Source: Octopus vulgaris (Eukaryota). Taken from it: a DNA stretch of 64,000 nt. The position numbers and the translations under genes are program-made. Shown here piece by piece: positions 62,027 to 64,000 of this stretch. The stretch spans positions 13,826,001 to 13,890,000 of the forward strand of contig OX597838.1 of the NCBI GenBank assembly GCA_951406725.2. Direction: 5' to 3'. Position 1 is the stretch's first letter, and every line of letters begins with the position of its first letter. The notes below the pieces were generated by a model that saw only the letters and a program-made list of their open reading frames with translations, ran no database searches and was not told the DNA's origin.

Positions 62027-63540
62027 TGGGTGCAAGAGGCATTTGAGGACATTTCATTTTTAGTTCAATATCCATTCAAATCATTTAATGTATTGTTTTT
62101 TTTTTTTGTTTTTTATTTTCAGATAACCCTTTTAAATTCTCAGAAATTTGGAATCTGTGGAAAATCATGATTCTAAAGCCTATGAAAAAAAAGGCACAAA
62201 TGAAGAAACATCACACAAATCCATCACCCACCTAAACACACCCTAGAAAGTTCTAGAAAAACTAATCTTCAATAACTTAGCAACTTGGTGAAAGAGATCG
62301 ATAGAATAAGTACCAGACTTAAAAAATAAGTACTGGGCTCAATTTGTTTGACTAAACCCTTCAAAGTGGTACCCAACCATGGCCACATTCAGAATGTCTA
62401 AAACAACAATAAAATTTATATCGAGTGGTTGTATACTGTCAACTTAACGTGACAGTCCTGTAAGGGAATTACACCACTGCTGTTTAGCCCTAGGAAGCAT
62501 CGATGCTTCCTGTCGGCTTCAACACATTTCCTGTGTCCTTATATGTCCTAGGGCTAAACAGCGGTGGTGTAATTCCCTTACAGGACTGTCCCGTTAAGTT
62601 GACAGTATACGACCACTCTATCGCCCCACCGCCGTACATATCTCTATGAGATATTTAGAAATTTAATATTTCCAAAATTTATATCATTTTTAGAATTACT
62701 CTTTTTTTCTTTCTTTTTTTTTTTAACCAAAGCCTGGCAGTATGGGTTTCTTTCTGTCACACAGAGAAATGTCCCTTTACCAACTCTCCTTGCTGCCATG
62801 AGATATGACATGGTTGAAATAATAGATATGTGAATAACAGTTTGAGTTTCAAGGGCCCAAAGCTCTTCAATATCCTCCCCAAAAGGCTCGAGAGACCTAC
62901 ATGGAGTAGAAGTAGGCATCTTCAAAACAAAACTGGATTTCCTCCTGTGAAGAGTTCCAGATGATGGTAACAACATCAAGCTCCCTCATTCACCAAATGC
63001 CACATATCAGAGAAGGTTTCAAGTAGTGAAAGTGTAGCAAAGCTAATAGCAGTGCCCCAGCATGGCCGTAGCTCTCATGCTGAAACTAGTAAAGTGAAAA
63101 AAAAAAAGATAAATAAATAAAGGAATCTCTGTGTGGTTGCTTGAATTGCTAGAAGTAGCAGTCAAGTCTTTTACAAATCATGGCCAAAATCAAGTTCTAC
63201 CCTAAGAGGACAGGATGTTCATGATGAAAATAAGTTTTATTTTAGGTCTGCTAGTTCAGGAGTAACCCGGGGCCAGACAACAACAAAAGTAACCAAAAAG
63301 AAATACACGAAAAAGAAAAAAACTAAACAAAATATCGACAACAATGTAGTATAAAAAAAAACATGTGATGATAAAATGACGAAATGGTCATGGGTGGAAA
63401 GGTTTTGATTAGGTCTGATTTGAGACACCAAACAATAGCAATAACGACAAATATAACACAATAACAATAACAAATATAATAGTTTCAAATTTTGGCAGAA
63501 GGCCAGCGATTTTAGGGGACTGGTAAGACAATTACATTAA

Positions 63541-63978
63541 CCCTTTCGTTACCGTATTTATTTTGAGATGCTCTGTGTTTCTTTCAATTAATTTTAAATA
63601 TAACAAAGAATTTAGTCAAATAACTTAGTTATCATTAACCCTTTCATTACCAACCCGGCTGAAACCGGCTCTGGCTCTGAGTACAAATGTCTTGTTTTTA
63701 TAAGTTTTGAATTAAAATCTTCCACCAAACCCTAGTCACAATTTATGTTCCTAACACTAGCTGAATGATAACTAAGTTATTTTACTAAATTCTTTGTTAT
63801 ATTTAAAGTAACTGAAAGAAACACAGAGCATCTCAAAATAAATACAGTAACAAAAGGGTTAAGCTAGTGTTAGGAACATAAATTGTCACTAAGGTTTGGT
63901 GGAAGATTTTAATCCAGAACTTTTGAAAACAAGACATTTGTACTACAGAGCCAGAGGCGGTTTCAGCTGGGTTGATAC
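63541..63978. mobile_element. piggyBac-type MITE with an inverted copy of itself nested at its internal TTAA (inner copy 63639-63858)
   Basis: TTAA|CCCTTT...AAAGGG|TTAA termini; the inner copy is the reverse complement of the two outer halves. Confidence 0.88.
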
Positions 63979-64000
63979 CAACCTGCTTGAGACAGCCCTT

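Noticed and set aside
62644-62979. 111-aa ORF as the missing first NUDT9 exon
   Set aside because: No recognisable homology, and no convincing phase-1 donor was identified.

Overview
AT-rich, repeat-dense animal genomic DNA. The SINE/LINE/microsatellite landscape looks like an octopus (coleoid cephalopod) genome; this is inferred from repeat style only. Two spliced protein-coding genes lie on the minus strand. (1) A NUDT9-type ADP-ribose pyrophosphatase: 8 phase-consistent exons from 58748 to 40028, an intact Nudix box, and a possible N-terminal hydrophobic extension whose start codon was not located. (2) An unidentified gene with a long Ser/Thr-rich N-terminus: exons near 28.2, 10.0, 8.7 and probably 1.9 kb, continuing off the left edge. 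The rest is tRNA-derived SINEs, RTE/CR1/R4-Dong LINE fragments, a Penelope-like (GIY-YIG) relic, mariner, hAT and piggyBac-type DNA elements, and mini/microsatellites. Nearly all ORF-track entries are repeat artefacts. The most notable unexplained structure is a tandem ~230-bp repeat (3 copies plus a solo copy) in which each unit carries a minimal type I hammerhead-ribozyme fold with a non-canonical CUGUYGA core. Other points of interest are very long (49-69 bp) flanking direct repeats, a uORF cluster, and several long inverted repeats.
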